Source: Callorhinchus milii
Lineage: Eukaryota
Assembly (NCBI RefSeq): GCF_018977255.1
Contig: NW_024704742.1
Coordinates: forward strand, 132,124,001-132,188,000
Direction of reading: 5' to 3'
Length of the DNA stretch: 64,000 bases
The position numbers and the translations under genes were made by a program. The notes below the pieces were generated by a model. It was not told the origin of the DNA. It worked only from the letters and a program-made list of their open reading frames with translations, and did no database searches. Shown piece by piece: positions 62,192 through 64,000 of this stretch; within the stretch, counting starts at the first letter, position 1, and every line of letters begins with the position of its first letter.

Positions 62192-63246
62192 ACAACAACA
62201 ACAACAAAATTACATTTATAGAGTGTCGTTCACGTCGGGAGGACATCCCAAGCGTTGGACAGTCATGGGTCAGGACCCAAGCATGGGGGAGGAGTGGGGT
62301 ATGGGTGAGGGAAGGCAAAGAGGTGGGAGTGCGACTGAAGGCACGACCGAAGATGAGGTTCTTGAGACCAGCCTTGAAGGAGGCAAGGGAGGAAGCGAGG
62401 CGAAGGGACTGTGGGATGGAGTTCTAGAGTGTGGGGGCAGAGAGGTTGAAAGTTCGGCCACCGATGGTAGGGCGGGAGACATGGAGCAGGTCGGAGCCCG
62501 CTGAACGGAGGGAGTGGGCAGGTTGGTAGAGAGTCAGCAGGTCATAGAGATAGGAGGGGGCAAGGCCATGGATGGCCTTGAAAGTGAGGACGAGGATCTT
62601 GATTTCGATCCTCTGGGGGATGGGGAGCCAGTGGAGTCGGGCGAGGGTGGGAGTGATGGGGTCACAGAGCCTGGTGCGTGAAAGTACATGAGCTGCAGAG
62701 TTTTGGATGATTGCAGCTTGTGAAGGGAAGAGTTGGGAAGGCCAATGAGGAGGGAATTTCCATAATCGAGCCTTGATGTGACAAATGCGTGGATGAGGGT
62801 TTCGGCAGCCTGAGGGCTGAGGCAGTGTTGGAGTCCGGCAATATTGCGGAGGTGGTGGTAGGCAGTGCCGGTCATGGCGCGGATGTGGAGGAAAAAGGAC
62901 AGTTCAGAGTCAAACAAGACACCCAGGTTCCTGACTGGCTTAGTGAGGTTGAGTGTGCAGCCAAGGATGCTGATGCTGCCAGCGCCCCAGTTGTGGAGAT
63001 GCTGGCGCGAGCCAATCAGGAGGGCCTCGGTCTTGCTGACGTTCAGCTGGAGAAAGTTGTCCCTCATCCAGGACTTGATGTCGGACAGGCAGTCGGTCAG
63101 TATTCCTGGAGTTGAGGATGGCGGCAGAGAGATAGAGTTGGGTATCATCCTCATACATGTGGAAATTTACCCCATGTCTGCAGATGCTGTCACTGAGGGA
63201 AGCATGTAGACGGTAAAGAGGAGGGGACCGAGGACGGAGCCCTGAG
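62192..63246 (-). mobile_element. L2 LINE 3' fragment (~1.05 kb)
   Basis: PQGSVLGP codons at the 5' end; LTDCLSDIKSWMRDNFLQLNVSKTE...HAFVTSRLDYGNSLL; tail. Confidence 0.95.
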
Positions 63247-63274
63247 GATTAAGTGCTATATCAAACGCAAGGAT

Positions 63275-63602
63275 TATTATTTTTATTCATCACGTCATTG
63301 AGACGTCTCAAAGCACATGATAAACTGTAAAATGTTGGTCTGTGTATTTTCTGGGGGCAAACACAGCAACCAATCTTTGCACAGAAATGTCCCATAAACA
63401 GCCATGAAGTGAATGACCAATTTAATTTGGGGAATTGTTGGTCAGGGCAGTTACCAGAGAAATTCCCTTCTCTTTTTGAAAGTGCCATGGGATCTTTAAC
63501 GTTCACTTGAACAGGTGGACAAGACCTTGGTTTAATGTCTTATTCGAAGGATGGCACTTCCAACAATGCAGGGTCCCCCCTCACTGCGCTGGAGTGTCAA
63601 CA
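63275..63602 (-). mobile_element. SINE family B, headless
   Basis: Tail and Deu core. Confidence 0.88.
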
Positions 63603-63624
63603 TTGATCATATGGATTTCGGGTT

Positions 63625-64000
63625 AAGGATGAGTGTTTCTACTAATGAGGAAAGATTGTATAAACTGAGGCTGTTTTCCCTTCAACGTAGAAGGTTGAGA
63701 ATAGATCTGTAACATAAACGGGGAGAATTTATTTCCACCTGTCGGTGAATCGGTAACTAGAGGTGACAGATTCAAATTGCTTACCGAAAGAACAAAGGGA
63801 GAGGTCAGGAGAATTTTATTTTCCACAGAGGTTGTTAGGATGTTAAACCCCTGTCCTGAAACTGCAATGGAAGTAAAGTCCATCAGCTTTTAAGAAAGAA
63901 TTAAATAATCATCTGAAAAGAAGAGGGTATCGGTAAAAGCTAGCAGAATGGGGCTAAATGGATAGTTCCTTCAGAGAGCCAGTACGGGTCCAATGAGCCC
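63625..64000 (+). mobile_element. CR1 3' fragment running to window end
   Basis: RT C-terminal remnant and start of the CR1 3' UTR. Confidence 0.82.

Noticed and set aside
1..64000. A novel multi-gene or prokaryote-style system
   Set aside because: No operon structure and no long non-repeat ORFs; all protein-like sequence traces to L2 or CR1

Overview
This is a eukaryotic, gene-poor window (a large intron or gene desert), not a prokaryotic locus. I find no supportable host protein-coding gene. The longer ORFs in the track are C-terminal reverse-transcriptase remnants of L2 or CR1 LINEs, or read-throughs of SINEs. The repeat content points to a cartilaginous fish, most likely a holocephalan such as elephant shark; this rests on recalled repeat resemblance, not a search. 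Four groups of interspersed repeats dominate: (A) a tRNA-headed SINE with a CORE-like block and an L2-type tail ending in (TTA)n; (B) a Deu-domain SINE sharing the same 3' half; 5'-truncated L2 and CR1 LINEs; and (C) an older unnamed family with about 8 copies, ending in a GTCAG-N8-CTGAC stem-loop. Repeat-free islands rich in Pbx-Hox, Sox and octamer motifs lie between them and look like developmental enhancers. Less ordinary structure includes several unrelated foldback elements (best: 4709-4959, 38216-38585, 55604-55762, and a pre-miRNA-sized hairpin at 30940-31012). There are also three short-range duplications that look templated (9190/11901, 15895/16889, 41045/41603), SINEs repeatedly broken near one palindromic spot in their tail, and a ~49-bp degenerate array with a conserved MEF2-like core (51037-51370). 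I cannot support a claim of a new enzymatic or defence system here. Repeat boundaries were read by eye and are approximate (about +/-10-20 bp).
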